From an uncultured Nitrospina sp. (GTDB lineage Bacteria > Nitrospinota > Nitrospinia > Nitrospinales > VA-1), in assembly GCA_913044145.1 (NCBI GenBank), contig CAJWOD010000001.1, positions 1 through 32,916 of the forward strand: a DNA stretch of 32,916 nt. Direction: 5' to 3'. The position numbers and the translations under genes are program-made. Positions 31,943 through 32,916 of the stretch are shown here, one piece after another (within the stretch, counting starts at the first letter, position 1; each line of letters opens with the position of its first letter). Below the pieces are notes generated by a model, which saw only the letters and a list, made by a program, of their open reading frames with translations, did no database searches and had not been told where the DNA came from.

Positions 31943-32915
31943 ATAGCACAATGCCACCACCGCGGCTATCCGCCCTTGGATAGATTGTAAAGTGTTGACC
32001 TTTTTTATTATTGTGCAGTCGAAGGAGGGTTTTTGACGTGAAATAACCCAAAGCTGCACCAAAAAATACATCAGAAGCCCAATGCGCTTCATAATTGATC
32101 CTGGAAAGTCCTGTCAAAGTCGCAATTCCATATGATATGGGTTTTATGTAAGGAGTTTTTTCATATTCATTTGCAACAACTGTAGCGATGGCAAACGCAG
32201 TGGAGGTATGTCCTGATGGAAAAGAATTGGAGTTACGGTTTGTGCTGAACCCATCAAAACTGGTTGATGAATTTCCTGTTCGCGGGCGATGGCGTCCAAA
32301 CGAATATTTGAGCACCGTTGTATATAAACCAGTAATAAGAAAACTTTCAGTTGCAATTAAAGCAGTTCGTTTGGCTTTTTCATTTTCATGAAAATGGCTT
32401 AAAAAATAAACCGTAGCCAAAGCGGGAACTGTAAAAGCACCATTTCCAAATGGTTCAAATATATCCATCAATTTCTCTGTGTAAATACTTCGATTGTTTT
32501 TAAAAGCACTATTTATTTCTTCATCCAGAGCTATAAACATGCCTGTCCCACCCGCAATCCAGCCTGCCGTTACCCAGTCCGAGCGATCCCATATTAAAGG
32601 AGAACTTGCGGTATGGGCTATGTCTGAAAATATTCCTTTAAAGTAATCACGGTCCAACTCCATTTTGTTTTGTGGATCTCTCAGCTTTTCTTGTTTGCTC
32701 GGAGATGATGGATGCGGTTGACTATCCACAGGTTTCGACTCATTAATATTTAAGGAGAAATGATCTTTTTTTTCTTCAAAACTATTCTCAAAAAACTCAG
32801 ACTCTAAAAGCTCGTCTGCATGAGACCACCCTTCCATAATCATAGAAAACAACAGGAAAAATGCCACGCCTACCAAATTACGTGAATTTTCTAGAAATTT
32901 AATAATAAATGACAT
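31929..32915 (-). CDS. Secreted/membrane-associated PAP2-superfamily phosphatase
   Basis: It has a signal peptide (VAFFLLFSMIMEGWSHA). The tripartite motif is KYSFGRHRP, PSGH and SRINYEAHWASD. The ATG at 32915 is one base from the window end, so the true start could lie outside the window. The 3' end overlaps the convergent OleC-like gene by 14 nt. Confidence 0.8.
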   Translation of the reverse strand: MSFIIKFLENSRNLVGVAFFLLFSMIMEGWSHADELLESEFFENSFEEKKDHFSLNINESKPVDSQPHPSSPSKQEKLRDPQNKMELDRDYFKGIFSDIAHTASSPLIWDRSDWVTAGWIAGGTGMFIALDEEINSAFKNNRSIYTEKLMDIFEPFGNGAFTVPALATVYFLSHFHENEKAKRTALIATESFLITGLYTTVLKYSFGRHRPRTGNSSTSFDGFSTNRNSNSFPSGHTSTAFAIATVVANEYEKTPYIKPISYGIATLTGLSRINYEAHWASDVFFGAALGYFTSKTLLRLHNNKKGQHFTIYPRADSRGGGIVLSKNF

Positions 32916-32916
32916 A

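Noticed and set aside
1-32916. Search for CRISPR repeats, IS/transposase or integrase genes, phage or defence-system genes, rRNA and tRNA
   Set aside because: I found no regularly spaced direct repeats, no recombinase or transposase-like ORFs, no terminal inverted repeats flanking any segment, and no nuclease/ATPase defence-like gene pairs. The window reads as core chromosome.

Overview
Gene-dense chromosomal window from a diderm bacterium. I recognised no rRNA, tRNA, CRISPR array, transposase or integrase. I call 31 protein-coding genes. Housekeeping genes are ltaE, rpoZ, hisD, gcvPB, rhlB, ligA, two tandem HtrA-family proteases and an Hda-like AAA+ protein. An LPS-core/lipid-A cluster holds a PAP2 phosphatase, two GT9 heptosyltransferases and a hand-found Trm112/YcaR ORF. 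An anchor-less type-E succinate dehydrogenase/fumarate reductase (flavoprotein, Fe-S subunit, CCG-domain subunit) is followed by a DASS-family transporter. There is also a stand-alone OleC-like adenylating enzyme. The stand-out is a four-gene minus-strand operon at 3176..9394. It encodes a CydA-homologous 'cytochrome bd-like' membrane protein with no CydB, no Q-loop and extra transmembrane segments. The other three genes encode membrane-anchored c-type cytochromes carrying five CxxCH motifs in total, and one of them is fused to an EB_dh/NxrC-type domain. The operon ends in a strong intrinsic terminator. This gene content is reminiscent of Nitrospinota/Nitrospirota-type chemolithoautotrophs, but taxonomy cannot be confirmed without a database search. 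Three ORFs absent from the supplied track were found by manual translation: 1..302(-), 2926..3075(-) and 13663..13833(+). All family assignments rest on motifs read by eye and recalled family signatures; no searches were run.
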